Shown here: positions 1-7,748 of the stretch, in pieces
Layout of the letters: each line of letters opens with the position of its first letter
Position numbering within the stretch: the first letter of the stretch is position 1
Origin: a virus
Reading direction: 5' to 3' (one strand)
DNA: 45,420 nt
Virus record (IMG/VR): IMGVR_UViG_3300012582_000002
Location: 1-45,420 of that record
Translations under genes and position numbers: made by a program
Notes under the pieces: model-generated
Databases searched by the model: none
What the model was told of the DNA's origin: nothing
Seen by the model: only the letters and a program-made list of their open reading frames with translations

Positions 1-123
1 AGTTCGACAACAACGGTGACGTGGTCTACGGACCACTCCTCTTCTCGCCCACCGGTGGATGTACCGGCATCTCCGGGTTCGACAGGTTCATGTGGGTAGG
101 GTCTGACACGGCCCACGATGGCA
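1..123. repeat. Exact 123-bp copy of the window end (45298..45420); circular-closure overlap of a 45,297-bp unit genome
   Basis: Read directly: 1-123 identical to 45298-45420. The repeat lies inside an uninterrupted ORF, so it is assembly overlap or circular permutation rather than a functional terminal repeat. Confidence 0.9.
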
Positions 124-929
124 CCTCCGGGACTTTCAGGGTGGACCTGGGTGCAGCTATCCAGGAGCAGTCCACGCAGGCTGTACGGTACGCCTACGCC
201 CGTGACGTGTACTCCTCTGTAGGTACCGGTCCTGTGCAGTCGGTGAGTATCTTCGGCTCTACCAACCGGCCTATCTTCACCATCAAGAACTTCGGTGCGA
301 TGCTTGTCAACGCCGCGACGCTTGTAGCGTCGGGCTATCTGAAGACAGGTCGCATCCGATACAACACGGAAGAGCCTAAACTCTACCGGTTTGTTTCTCT
401 CCGTACACCGACCCCGCTTCAAGGTAACGTCAGCTTCTCTATGCTGACCCAAGATGGGCAGGAGATCCCGTACATCACGTACGGTCCTACCTATCAGTCC
501 AACCAGGGTGACGTATCGACACCGCAGCCAGCTACTAGGCAGAACTGGATAGCCTTGAAGTTCACTCTTACCCGCAATTCAGGGGACGCCACGGTGGGTG
601 GCGTTCTAAACGGGTGGCAAGTGAAGGCTCTACCAGGAGCTACACGCCAGAGGATCATCACCCAGACCTTCCTCCTGTTCGATGAGGAGATGGACAAGGG
701 TGGTCAGCGTCTGGGTGGGGACGGGTACGCACGTCAGCGCTTCGAGAGCTTCAAGAACAAAGCGAAGACTGGCGACGTCATCATATTCCAAGAGCTGATA
801 GAAGACATCTCGACTCTGGTTATGGTTGACGACTGGAAGTATACGCAGCTAGGACCGCCTGGTTCTAACGCGTCTACGCTTGGAGGTTACCTTACGGTCG
901 TCCTTAGGACGGTCGCTGAATCTACATAG
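1..929 (+). CDS. C-terminal part of a ~650-aa virion (tail/nozzle-like) protein that starts at 44274 and wraps through the closure point
   Basis: Frame of 44274 ATG is continuous through 45297/1 into the tracked ORF 21..929 (44274 to 45318 is a multiple of 3). Last large gene of the structural block. Confidence 0.75.
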   Translation, partial: FDNNGDVVYGPLLFSPTGGCTGISGFDRFMWVGSDTAHDGTSGTFRVDLGAAIQEQSTQAVRYAYARDVYSSVGTGPVQSVSIFGSTNRPIFTIKNFGAMLVNAATLVASGYLKTGRIRYNTEEPKLYRFVSLRTPTPLQGNVSFSMLTQDGQEIPYITYGPTYQSNQGDVSTPQPATRQNWIALKFTLTRNSGDATVGGVLNGWQVKALPGATRQRIITQTFLLFDEEMDKGGQRLGGDGYARQRFESFKNKAKTGDVIIFQELIEDISTLVMVDDWKYTQLGPPGSNASTLGGYLTVVLRTVAEST

Positions 930-941
930 GGGTGGGGATCC

Positions 942-1253
942 ATGGACATACAGTCCATCATAGCTACCACGGCAGCCATTGGAGCGGGAGCGGGTGGCTA
1001 CCTTGGTGGTAGACTGACAGGAAAGAGTGCAGCCAGCCAGATCGCATCTGACACTGTCGACATGCTTCAGACTCAAGTGGAGTTGCTGAAGACCGACAAA
1101 GACAGCAAGGACAGCGAGCTGAACCATCTCCGTTCGAGGGTCGAGGTTCTGGAGAACCTCGTCACACAGCGGGCGGAGGTAGCAGAGCTGAGCGTGAACG
1201 TCAGTCTCGTCAAGGAGACTGTAGAGCGTATCGCCAACAAGGTGGGGGCCTGA
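942..1253 (+). CDS. Membrane-anchored coiled-coil protein (lysis-associated or virion, unknown)
   Basis: 103-aa ORF. N-terminal Gly/Ala-rich hydrophobic segment IIATTAAIGAGAGGYLGG, then a heptad-like charged helix. Sits in the terminal lysis-like cluster. Confidence 0.6.
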   Translation: MDIQSIIATTAAIGAGAGGYLGGRLTGKSAASQIASDTVDMLQTQVELLKTDKDSKDSELNHLRSRVEVLENLVTQRAEVAELSVNVSLVKETVERIANKVGA

Positions 1254-1256
1254 GGT

Positions 1257-1520
1257 ATGACGGAGCATGACGAGGAAGAGCTGACTCCGACTTGGTACAA
1301 GTCGCAGCCTAACAGTCCGTTCCAGGTATACAACCGCGAGACCATCGTCGACATCCAGCGCACGCTCAGCGTGCCAGAAACTGGAGAGATGGACCAGCGT
1401 ACCGTCTCTCATATCCGGGGGCTACAGCACCTCTTCGGGATTGACGCGACGGGCGTCATCAGCCTGGAGACTGCCATCCAGATCGAAAGATTGAGGAACC
1501 GATATGTCGGAGGTAACTGA
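1257..1520 (+). CDS. Small protein with peptidoglycan-binding-like (PG_binding_1-type) repeat
   Basis: 87 aa. IVDIQRTLSVPETGEMDQRTVSHIRGLQHLFGIDATGVI resembles the PG-binding helix bundle also seen at the C-terminus of the amidase 22521..23318. Confidence 0.55.
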   Translation: MTEHDEEELTPTWYKSQPNSPFQVYNRETIVDIQRTLSVPETGEMDQRTVSHIRGLQHLFGIDATGVISLETAIQIERLRNRYVGGN

Positions 1521-1762
1521 TGAACAAGTGGATCAAACCGGCGAGGACAGCGATCCAATTGGTGATCGCCCTCATCCCTGCGGTACCGTTTCTAGTCCCT
1601 GCTCTTGGCCTGTCTGCGACAGCGGGACTGGGTGCCAGTTTGGTGACGGTAGCTTCACTGGCGTCGCGGGTTATGCAGACTCCAGCAGTGGAGAAGCTCC
1701 TGTCGACTCTCGGGCTGGATTCGAATGGCCCCACCCCTTCGGATGGAGCGGCGAGTAACTGA
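1520..1762 (+). CDS. Holin-like membrane protein
   Basis: 80 aa. ATGA overlap with the upstream stop, two predicted hydrophobic helices (IQLVIALIPAVPFLVPALGL, GLGASLVTVASLA) and a polar tail. Last gene before the terminator. Confidence 0.5.
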   Translation: MNKWIKPARTAIQLVIALIPAVPFLVPALGLSATAGLGASLVTVASLASRVMQTPAVEKLLSTLGLDSNGPTPSDGAASN

Positions 1763-1776
1763 CAGGTAGATAGAGA

Positions 1777-1808
1777 AGAGGGGCCCCTTCGGGGGCCCCT
1801 CTTTTTTT
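1777..1808 (+). terminator. Rho-independent terminator between the convergent late and early arms
   Basis: 11-bp GC stem AGAGGGGCCCC/GGGGCCCCTCT, TTCG loop, then TTTTTT. Lies between stop 1762 (+) and stop 1820 (-). Confidence 0.85.
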
Positions 1809-1819
1809 GTGCCCTGACT

Positions 1820-2035
1820 CTAGCAGTAATCCTTGATCGTCAGTTCACCACTCACCCGATAGGCGGAGTCAGCGTCCAGGCCCTTACCGAGCGCCATGAA
1901 GAGTGGGACTAGGTTCCCGTCTCGCCCTTCGGTCTGATCGGATACCATAGCTATGATCTTGTGAAGGATCTCGGCCTCTTCGTGCGTCTCGACCACGATG
2001 GTAAGCGGCTGCCACGAATCACGTACAAGCTTCAT
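1820..2035 (-). CDS. Hypothetical protein (71 aa)
   Basis: Internal ATG of tracked ORF 1820..2110, chosen for its ATGA overlap with the stop of the upstream gene. Confidence 0.55.
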   Translation of the reverse strand: MKLVRDSWQPLTIVVETHEEAEILHKIIAMVSDQTEGRDGNLVPLFMALGKGLDADSAYRVSGELTIKDYC

Positions 2036-2193
2036 CAGTGCTCCTCGAAGTACTCCAGGAAGGTGTTGGTCACTTCGTCGTAGGTGTCCTCGCCCGTCTG
2101 CTCGTCGCACTCAAGCGACTTGTGCAGGTCATAGTCGAGGGTGGCTATCGTGTGTCGTAGCGCAGTCTCTACTCGCTCAGGGAACATGCTCAT
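2035..2193 (-). CDS. Hypothetical acidic protein (52 aa)
   Basis: ATG at 2193 overlaps the TGA of 2190..2375 (ATGA). Tracked ORF 2035..2223. Confidence 0.5.
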   Translation of the reverse strand: MSMFPERVETALRHTIATLDYDLHKSLECDEQTGEDTYDEVTNTFLEYFEEH

Positions 2194-2375
2194 CCCTGCG
2201 GGTCCTCCTTGAACTCGTCCCACAACTCACGGGCGATCAGATTGTTCTGCTTGTAGTCGTCACTGGCCTGCTGCACCGCTGCCTGATCCCCGCCGATCGA
2301 CTCTGCTTCGAGGCGAGCCCTCGACACGTTCTCCGCTTCTGCTGCGTTCGCGTAGTCGTCGTACTTCTTCCCCAT
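2190..2375 (-). CDS. Hypothetical protein (61 aa)
   Basis: Tracked ORF preceded by AGAGGTG RBS-like sequence after the hairpin at 2398-2417. Confidence 0.55.
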   Translation of the reverse strand: MGKKYDDYANAAEAENVSRARLEAESIGGDQAAVQQASDDYKQNNLIARELWDEFKEDPQG

Positions 2376-2397
2376 CGTGCACCTCTATCCGAAAGGA

Positions 2398-2417
2398 GAG
2401 GGCCCCCGAAGGGGCCC
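2398..2417 (-). terminator. GC hairpin (terminator or processing/stability element) inside the early arm
   Basis: AGGGCCCC-(4)-GGGGCCCT, 8 bp. On the minus strand it is followed by CTCCTTTCGG. Confidence 0.45.
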
Positions 2418-2442
2418 TGCTCACTCTGACATGCCTCATATC

Positions 2443-2661
2443 TTACTTGAAGATGTTGAGGACTCCTGCGAAGATCTCGCCTGCTGTGGCCCCACGAGCC
2501 TCATCCTCAGTCTCATCCATGTCGTCATAGATGTTGGACCAGTCGCCCTCGAAGTGCAGGGTGATAGTCACGCTAGCAGGGATGCCGTCCTTCTCTGCGT
2601 TGATGACGACGTACGGGTCATCCCCGACAGGGATTTCCTTCGTCTTGACTTCGAAGCTCAC
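2443..2661 (-). CDS. Hypothetical acidic protein (72 aa)
   Basis: Tracked ORF with GTG start. Confidence 0.55.
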   Translation of the reverse strand: MSFEVKTKEIPVGDDPYVVINAEKDGIPASVTITLHFEGDWSNIYDDMDETEDEARGATAGEIFAGVLNIFK

Positions 2662-2710
2662 TCGTCTTCATCTCCAGGCTGACGCGGCGGGGGTTCGAGA
2701 ACGGGTGTAG

Positions 2711-2908
2711 TCATGCTCGACCAGTCCCACCGCAAGCCCCACAGGGCTTGGTCTCGATGTGCATCTGGTCTGCGATCCAGACAACCTCGTCCACCCAACC
2801 AGAACCGTTGCACCCGTTGCACAGCTCCATCTTGACGGGCTCGATGACAGCGGTGTTGCTCAGGAATCCGGGGCGCTGCCCGTCTCGCATGTGCGGCCAG
2901 CTAGTCAC
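2711..2908 (-). CDS. Small DnaJ-type zinc-finger protein (CxxCxGxG x2), paralog family member 3
   Basis: GTGA-coupled start. Motifs CNGCNGSG and CGACGGTG. Confidence 0.6.
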   Translation of the reverse strand: MTSWPHMRDGQRPGFLSNTAVIEPVKMELCNGCNGSGWVDEVVWIADQMHIETKPCGACGGTGRA

Positions 2909-3183
2909 GGCGTCACGTCCTCTGTGATGATAGTGATGTTGGTCTTGATGACACGAATCTGAGCGTACAGCTCCTTGGCTTCCACGTAGGCGCCGATCAC
3001 CCCTTCGAGCGTGGTTGCACCACGCCCCGAGTTGCGCCACGCAGGCCCACCTCCGAAGAGGCCAGCATACGGGCTGGTATCCCGGAAGAACACCTGCACC
3101 TGGTACCAGTCGCCCTCTTCGGGCTGAACGACAGGCTCGTACTTCTTGATCTCCACAGTGTCAGCCTTCTTGTCCTTGGACAA
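2905..3183 (-). CDS. Hypothetical protein (92 aa)
   Basis: Tracked ORF, TTG start with GGAAGAG upstream. Overlaps the 3' end of the deaminase gene. Confidence 0.5.
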   Translation of the reverse strand: MSKDKKADTVEIKKYEPVVQPEEGDWYQVQVFFRDTSPYAGLFGGGPAWRNSGRGATTLEGVIGAYVEAKELYAQIRVIKTNITIITEDVTP

Positions 3184-3556
3184 CGACTCTTCCGATCTTT
3201 GCGTGTTCGATGAGGTTCAGGCACTGTCGACAGGGTTGCTCGGTACAGAAGAGAGTTGCACCTTCACATGCCCCGAGTCCAGCATCAAGAATAGCGTTGT
3301 GCTCGGCGTGAATAGCGAAGCAGGGAAACTGATTGTAGTCAGCTCCTGCTGGAACTCGATCGTAGCTGAGTAGCCCTCTAGGACACCCGCCCTCATCGCA
3401 GTGAGTCTTACCTGACGCGACTCCATTGTATCCCTGCCCGATCACCTTGTTGTCTTTGACGACCACGGCCCCCACCTGGCGGCGGGAGCACGTAGAGCGT
3501 TGGGACCAGATCTTCGCTATCTCCATGAAAGTCTGGTCCCATTCGGGCCGAGTCAA
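3161..3556 (-). CDS. dCMP/cytidine deaminase-family zinc enzyme
   Basis: HAEHNAI (H-A-E zinc/catalytic motif) and PCRQC (PCxxC) motifs. 131 aa, TTG start overlapping the upstream stop. Confidence 0.85.
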   Translation of the reverse strand: MTRPEWDQTFMEIAKIWSQRSTCSRRQVGAVVVKDNKVIGQGYNGVASGKTHCDEGGCPRGLLSYDRVPAGADYNQFPCFAIHAEHNAILDAGLGACEGATLFCTEQPCRQCLNLIEHAKIGRVVVQGQEG

Positions 3557-3726
3557 TGCTGGCGGTACGGGTTGCTGTTGTCCTCCGGAGCGTTGTCTAC
3601 GAGATACTTGTCGTAGGCGTCGAAGTTGTCAGCCTTGTCCTGCGCCGGGGCGCTGTCGTCCCAGTAGACGTCCTTGCCGTGACCGGCGTTCTCGCTCGGG
3701 TCAGGCTCTCCGCGATGCTTGCTCAC
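3553..3726 (-). CDS. Hypothetical acidic protein (57 aa)
   Basis: Hand-translated ORF below the track cutoff. GTGA coupling at both ends. Confidence 0.45.
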   Translation of the reverse strand: MSKHRGEPDPSENAGHGKDVYWDDSAPAQDKADNFDAYDKYLVDNAPEDNSNPYRQH

Positions 3727-4091
3727 TTAGTCAGCTCCTGGATGTAGTAGGTGTCATGGACCAGGCCGACAGCCAGGCCCTTAGGTACGTCGAACGAAGT
3801 CTCTTCAGGATCCAGATCGAAGCCGAAAGAGTCGGCGATCTCCTTGAGCGCATTCCACGCTTCGCTCTCAAGGGCGAACCACTTACCGTCCACCACTTCG
3901 GACATGTCCTCGCGAGAATCCTCGGAAGCCCACTCGTTGGTGATGATGTAGACCGAGTACAGCTCGTCCTTGTCGGGCACTTCCAGCTCCCTTAGAGCGT
4001 CGTTCTTCCAGTTGGTGAAGTCCTTCGTGAGTTCCCGCTGCTTGCGGTACTCACCCCACTCGCGATAGCTGTCGTGATTCGACTTGCTCAC
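3723..4091 (-). CDS. Hypothetical protein (122 aa)
   Basis: GTG at 4091 overlaps the TGA of the upstream gene. Tracked ORF 3723..4139. Confidence 0.55.
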   Translation of the reverse strand: MSKSNHDSYREWGEYRKQRELTKDFTNWKNDALRELEVPDKDELYSVYIITNEWASEDSREDMSEVVDGKWFALESEAWNALKEIADSFGFDLDPEETSFDVPKGLAVGLVHDTYYIQELTK

Positions 4092-4279
4092 AGGATCGGC
4101 TCCGCCGCAAGCAACAGGCGCCCACGAGAGTGATACCATTCCGTGATCGCATCCTGGATCACATCCGACAACTCCTCGACCACGTCATCGGCATACATGT
4201 AGGTGCCGGTGCTTCCCAGGATGCGATCGTGGTCGTTTACTATGAACGCCACTGAGATGTTCCTGAACTCTTTGCTCAC
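4088..4279 (-). CDS. Hypothetical protein (63 aa)
   Basis: Tracked ORF. GTGA overlap with the primase stop. Confidence 0.55.
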   Translation of the reverse strand: MSKEFRNISVAFIVNDHDRILGSTGTYMYADDVVEELSDVIQDAITEWYHSRGRLLLAAEPIL

Positions 4280-4914
4280 TTCTTGATCCTGCCTAGGAGG
4301 TACTGTTCACCAGACTTGAGGAACATAGAACCGCTGTCCTCTCCATCCGGCATCCGCATGCGGATGACGTTGGTCAGGTTCTCCGACATTCTGATCCAGA
4401 GATCCTTGCCTGCATCGTCTCCGTCCTCAGCCAAGTGTACACGACTGAAGTCCTCGAAGACGTTCACCCAGTGGTCTTTCCACATCTCAGCACCAGGGAT
4501 GCCGACCGCAGGTACTCCGATCTGCTGCCACACGAGAGCGTCAAGCTCTCCCTCACAGGCTACACACCATTCCTCAGCCCAGTCAAGGGCTTGGACTCCG
4601 TAGATGCGAGTCTCTGTACCCTTGCGCTTCCAGTACTTGGTGTGGTACGGAACCTCTTTGCAGTTGTGGTCCTGCATGCACCTGAAGGACATAGCCACCG
4701 GGCCTCGGTCCGTCATGTACGGGATAGCGAGGTACCCAGCAGCAGGCTCATGGCCAGGGATCGGGTTATGAACTACGCCAAGTCCGCTTGAACGAGCGAA
4801 CTCCAGATCCAGTCCTCGTCCCTCCAGCCATCCTGCCGCGTCGTCCAGATTCTGTGCGTACTGGAGCGTTGCCCGCTCCAGATATTTCCGCTGCTCTTTC
4901 GAGAGCGCTGGCAT
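4276..4914 (-). CDS. DNA primase, Toprim-domain polypeptide
   Basis: CEGELDAL, GIPGA and DGDDAG Toprim motifs. Own RBS GGGAGAGGA 6 nt before ATG 4914. Confidence 0.8.
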   Translation of the reverse strand: MPALSKEQRKYLERATLQYAQNLDDAAGWLEGRGLDLEFARSSGLGVVHNPIPGHEPAAGYLAIPYMTDRGPVAMSFRCMQDHNCKEVPYHTKYWKRKGTETRIYGVQALDWAEEWCVACEGELDALVWQQIGVPAVGIPGAEMWKDHWVNVFEDFSRVHLAEDGDDAGKDLWIRMSENLTNVIRMRMPDGEDSGSMFLKSGEQYLLGRIKK

Positions 4915-5176
4915 ACCCGATCCTCTCCCACTGCATGATCACTTGGACTGCGTTTCCGTTGGGGCAGTCTTGTGCGTGACAGTTGAACCAGCCTTCGTTG
5001 GTGTTGATAGTGGCTGAAGCATTTCTGTCACCATGAAACGGACATCTGTACGATCGGTTCCCGTAGCCCTCTGGCGCATCCTCTCCGCCATAGTAGACCA
5101 AGACAGGCGAGATAGGGAAGAACGGAAAGTCCCCTTCAGAAGGTCCACCAGAACCTGCGTTGCTTCGCCTCACCAC
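4766..5176 (-). CDS. DNA primase, CHC2 zinc-finger polypeptide (3' end overlaps the Toprim ORF in another frame)
   Basis: YRCPFHGDRNASATINTNEGWFNCHAQDC is a DnaG-type CHC2 zinc finger. The last ~45 codons are Arg/Gly-rich out-of-frame reading of the Toprim gene. Confidence 0.75.
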   Translation of the reverse strand: MVRRSNAGSGGPSEGDFPFFPISPVLVYYGGEDAPEGYGNRSYRCPFHGDRNASATINTNEGWFNCHAQDCPNGNAVQVIMQWERIGYASALERAAEISGAGNAPVRTESGRRGRMAGGTRTGSGVRSFKRTWRSS

Positions 5177-5312
5177 GCACCCTCTCTCGCAGGGAGTTGA
5201 AGGCCACTACCTCATCTTCGGCGTGCTCGCTGGGATAGTGGTGTATCTTGTCGCCCAGATCATCAAGCATCCGAGACAGCAGGGTCACCTCTTCGTCGGT
5301 CCACTCAGTCAC
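5136..5312 (-). CDS. Hypothetical protein (58 aa)
   Basis: Hand-translated, GTGA-coupled start. Overlaps the start region of the zinc-finger primase ORF, so the boundaries are uncertain. Confidence 0.35.
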   Translation of the reverse strand: MTEWTDEEVTLLSRMLDDLGDKIHHYPSEHAEDEVVAFNSLRERVRGEAKQRRFWWTF

Positions 5313-5485
5313 AGGTCACTCTCTTCCAGTACCGCCCGAAGGCGATGGATCAACTCAACGGTGAAGCTGCGCTCGCACACCCGCTCGTCCAGGTCCATGA
5401 TGAACTTCAGCAGGGTGGAGTGCTGGCACTGATCCGCCATCTCGATCGGCAGATCCTCTAGGTCCATCTCGATCTCAAACTTCAT
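5309..5485 (-). CDS. Hypothetical acidic protein (58 aa)
   Basis: Hand-translated. ATG overlaps the end of the endonuclease VII gene. Confidence 0.45.
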   Translation of the reverse strand: MKFEIEMDLEDLPIEMADQCQHSTLLKFIMDLDERVCERSFTVELIHRLRAVLEESDL

Positions 5486-5903
5486 CGGGCTTCACCTTTC
5501 CTATCTCTCGGAACGCTGGAGGGTACATCAGATACGACACGATCCTAGCTGCCGCATAGCTGTCGTCCCTGATGTGAGCAAGGATAGAGTTGCACGGCTT
5601 GCAAAGCAAGCCTCGAACGTAGCCAGTATCGTGATCGTGGTCTACGGCGAGCCTGCGAGTCTTGCCGGTGGCTCGTTGGCAGATGTAGCACACGCCTCCC
5701 TGCGCCTCGTAGAGAGCCCAGTATTGCTCGGGGGTAATCCCGTACCGGGCCATGATTCCACGAGCCCAGGAGGCCTCGCTGAGCGCCTTACGGCGGTCTC
5801 TTTGGCAGGTGGCACACCGTGGACCGGGCGCGGTCACCTTGCGGGTGACCGAACCACAGCCTTTGCACGGTTTAGCCAAGCTCACGAGCCACCACAAGCC
5901 CAC
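5475..5903 (-). CDS. Endonuclease VII-family (HNH-like) nuclease
   Basis: CYICQ...LAVDHDHDTGYVRGLLCKPCNSILAHIRD matches the recombination endonuclease VII signature. N-terminal CxxC...CxxC. Start uncertain. Confidence 0.8.
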   Translation of the reverse strand: MGLWWLVSLAKPCKGCGSVTRKVTAPGPRCATCQRDRRKALSEASWARGIMARYGITPEQYWALYEAQGGVCYICQRATGKTRRLAVDHDHDTGYVRGLLCKPCNSILAHIRDDSYAAARIVSYLMYPPAFREIGKVKPDEV

Positions 5904-5964
5904 GTTCGACGCAGTTCATCCAGCCATACATGCGGGGGATGAGGCTCTCCGTTACCGCAGTGCA

Positions 5965-6102
5965 TCAGTCCACCTCTCCAGTCCCACCGCAGCCCGAGCA
6001 AGGGTCTGCCTGCTGGTGCTGGTGCTCGTTGCCGTCAGCATCGTACACCACGTAGATGTTCACCCGCTGGCCACAGCCAGCGCAGCTAGGACAGGTGGCC
6101 AT
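5965..6102 (-). CDS. Small DnaJ-type zinc-finger protein, paralog family member 2 (45 aa)
   Basis: Hand-translated MATCPSCAGCGQRVNIYVVYDADGNEH...CSGCGGTGEVD. TGATG coupling. Confidence 0.55.
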   Translation of the reverse strand: MATCPSCAGCGQRVNIYVVYDADGNEHQHQQADPCSGCGGTGEVD

Positions 6103-6266
6103 CAGTAGCTCACCGTTCCGCTTCCACCGCAAGTGTTGCAAACTTCGGCAACCTGCTGGTTGACCATGTTGTCGTCCTCGTCGTAGGTTACGTAGACGCT
6201 GATCTTCTGGCCGCAGCCGTTGCAGCTAGGACACGGCCGCTCGACAGGCTCGTGGGTGTCAGCCAT
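6102..6266 (-). CDS. Small DnaJ-type zinc-finger protein, paralog family member 1 (54 aa)
   Basis: MADTHEPVERPCPSCNGCGQKISVYVTYDEDDN...CNTCGGSGTVSY. TGATG coupling to both neighbours. Confidence 0.6.
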   Translation of the reverse strand: MADTHEPVERPCPSCNGCGQKISVYVTYDEDDNMVNQQVAEVCNTCGGSGTVSY

Positions 6267-6406
6267 CAGTCCTCCACCTCGGAGAGCGGACCCCAAACGA
6301 TCTCCAGCTTATCGATGTCGGGGAGGTAGTTGCCCTCGAAGCTCCAGCCGCCATCCTCGTCCTGCTCCCAGACATCACCGTCTTGGTCGCGCACCTTGTC
6401 ACTCAT
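6266..6406 (-). CDS. Hypothetical acidic protein (46 aa)
   Basis: Internal ATG of tracked ORF 6266..6544, chosen by ATGA overlap with the upstream stop. Confidence 0.45.
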   Translation of the reverse strand: MSDKVRDQDGDVWEQDEDGGWSFEGNYLPDIDKLEIVWGPLSEVED

Positions 6407-6560
6407 CGTCGCCGAACCCCGTCCATCCGTAGTGGTAGCCTTCCCAGTTGTCCACGCCTGCATCCTGGAGGTTCCGGAGGAACTCACTGTCCTTCTGAAG
6501 CTGCTCATACTCTGCCTCGTCGATAGTGACGTGACCCTCACCATCGTAAACCTCAGTCAT
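6399..6560 (-). CDS. Hypothetical acidic protein (53 aa)
   Basis: ATG preceded by AAGGAGAG. Tracked ORF 6399..6638. Confidence 0.5.
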   Translation of the reverse strand: MTEVYDGEGHVTIDEAEYEQLQKDSEFLRNLQDAGVDNWEGYHYGWTGFGDDE

Positions 6561-6720
6561 CGCTGCTCTCCTTCTGGGGTCCAGCCCCACGAACATACTT
6601 CTCGGCAGGCTTGTCAGGGTGGACGATGCACTTGCCATCGTCGATCACATGCTTGGTCAGTCCAGCAGGCTTGCGGTGTACGCCGCACCGGCAGGTGGGG
6701 CCAAGCCCTTTAATCTCCAT
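6553..6720 (-). CDS. Small Cys/His-containing protein (55 aa), possible zinc ribbon
   Basis: Hand-translated MEIKGLGPTCRCGVHRKP...GKCIVHPDKP. Start overlaps the helicase stop. Confidence 0.4.
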   Translation of the reverse strand: MEIKGLGPTCRCGVHRKPAGLTKHVIDDGKCIVHPDKPAEKYVRGAGPQKESSDD

Positions 6721-7495
6721 CACTCTCTCCCCAGACGTTGACCTTGTCTTCGTCGTCTACCCACTTACCATCGTTGAACAGAAGGGGAACAGCCTCAGGC
6801 TGGTCCATCTCCTCGATCAGACAGATAGCAGGCTGAGCGCTCATCTTGAAGTACTTCTTGCCCATCGCGTCCTGAGGACCAAATCGATTCTTGACGGTCG
6901 CGACGTCAAGCGTACCCGCGTGAGAGTCACCCCAAAGAGTGAGAATGAGAGTGGGAAGCTGATTAGCCTTGCCCATGATGGCAGACCGAGGAGGTGGAGC
7001 ACCACCCTTGGCACTCTCAGACGTATGGTGTACGATCGTGATAGCTGTCTCTTGCTCACGGGCTAGGTCCTTCAGCTCTGCCATGAGAGCCCAGTAGTTC
7101 TGCTCACCAGCCCCCTCATAGTCGATGTCCATCATGATGTCGATCACCGTATGGTGAGGGTACTCGCCCTTCAACTCACGGAAGGCTTCCGCCTCCCGCC
7201 ACATGTGCTCCAGCGTGGGGCTCGACTTGAAGGACCACCTGATGTGGTCCATATCCTTGAGCGTGTCGTAGGCGAGCTGCTTCTGTGCCATAACCCAGAG
7301 CTCTGTCTCATCTGAAGGCGTGCCTGTCAGCATAGAGAGAGACCGCGAGGCCATGGTGAAATCGTCCGAGTCCGAACTGTGGTACATCGTAGGCACCGAG
7401 ATACCCATGCGTCGCACGACGTTCAGAGCCAGCACGGTCTTCATAGAACCAGGCGGGCCAGCGATCATAGAGATCGAACCTCTACGGAACGACAT
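6710..7495 (-). CDS. DnaB-C-terminal/RecA-like P-loop ATPase (putative replicative helicase or loader)
   Basis: Walker A GPPGSMKT near the N-terminus, hydrophobic strand plus acidic (Walker B-like) VIDIMMDID. 261 aa. Confidence 0.65.
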   Translation of the reverse strand: MSFRRGSISMIAGPPGSMKTVLALNVVRRMGISVPTMYHSSDSDDFTMASRSLSMLTGTPSDETELWVMAQKQLAYDTLKDMDHIRWSFKSSPTLEHMWREAEAFRELKGEYPHHTVIDIMMDIDYEGAGEQNYWALMAELKDLAREQETAITIVHHTSESAKGGAPPPRSAIMGKANQLPTLILTLWGDSHAGTLDVATVKNRFGPQDAMGKKYFKMSAQPAICLIEEMDQPEAVPLLFNDGKWVDDEDKVNVWGESDGD

Positions 7496-7527
7496 CTTCT
7501 TCTCATCAAAGATCGGCCAGGGTGAGG

Positions 7528-7545
7528 GCAGCGGTTCCCCGCTGC
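7528..7545 (-). terminator. Hairpin upstream of the ATPase gene
   Basis: GCAGCGG-GGAA-CCGCTGC (RNA sense), 7 bp with tetraloop. Confidence 0.35.
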
Positions 7546-7577
7546 TTACTCCCCGCTTTACTGTGCGTGCGAGTGTC

Positions 7578-7748
7578 TTAATCTACCTCAACTCCAACCG
7601 AGGCAAGGTGGTCGAGCAGGTCGCCAGCGATAGCAGCGAAGTCGTACGTGCCATCCAGCACGGCAGCGATGATCTTCCACTCTTCAGGAGTGGCGCACAC
7701 CGCGATCGAATCTGTCTGGTCCGCCTCTGTCCGATGATATGCGTGCAT
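7578..7748 (-). CDS. Hypothetical protein (56 aa), paralog of 7748..7912
   Basis: Hand-translated. Shares the A(V/C)TATxEEW(Q/K)xxI core with its neighbour. Confidence 0.45.
   Translation of the reverse strand: MHAYHRTEADQTDSIAVCATPEEWKIIAAVLDGTYDFAAIAGDLLDHLASVGVEVD

Noticed and set aside
1-123. 123-bp end duplication as a genuine direct terminal repeat
   Set aside because: It lies in the middle of a continuous structural-gene ORF. A functional terminal repeat would more plausibly sit in the non-coding region 19358-20571. This cannot be fully excluded without read data.
2662-2713. 18-codon bridging ORF (MTTPVLEPPPRQPGDEDE) coupled to both neighbours
   Set aside because: It may only reflect spacing between coupled genes. 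There is no independent support.
5882-5965. 27-codon ORF (MHCGNGEPHPPHVWLDELRRTWACGGS) between the zinc-finger gene and endonuclease VII
   Set aside because: It is TGATG-coupled but overlaps the endonuclease VII start region. It is too short and ambiguous to call.
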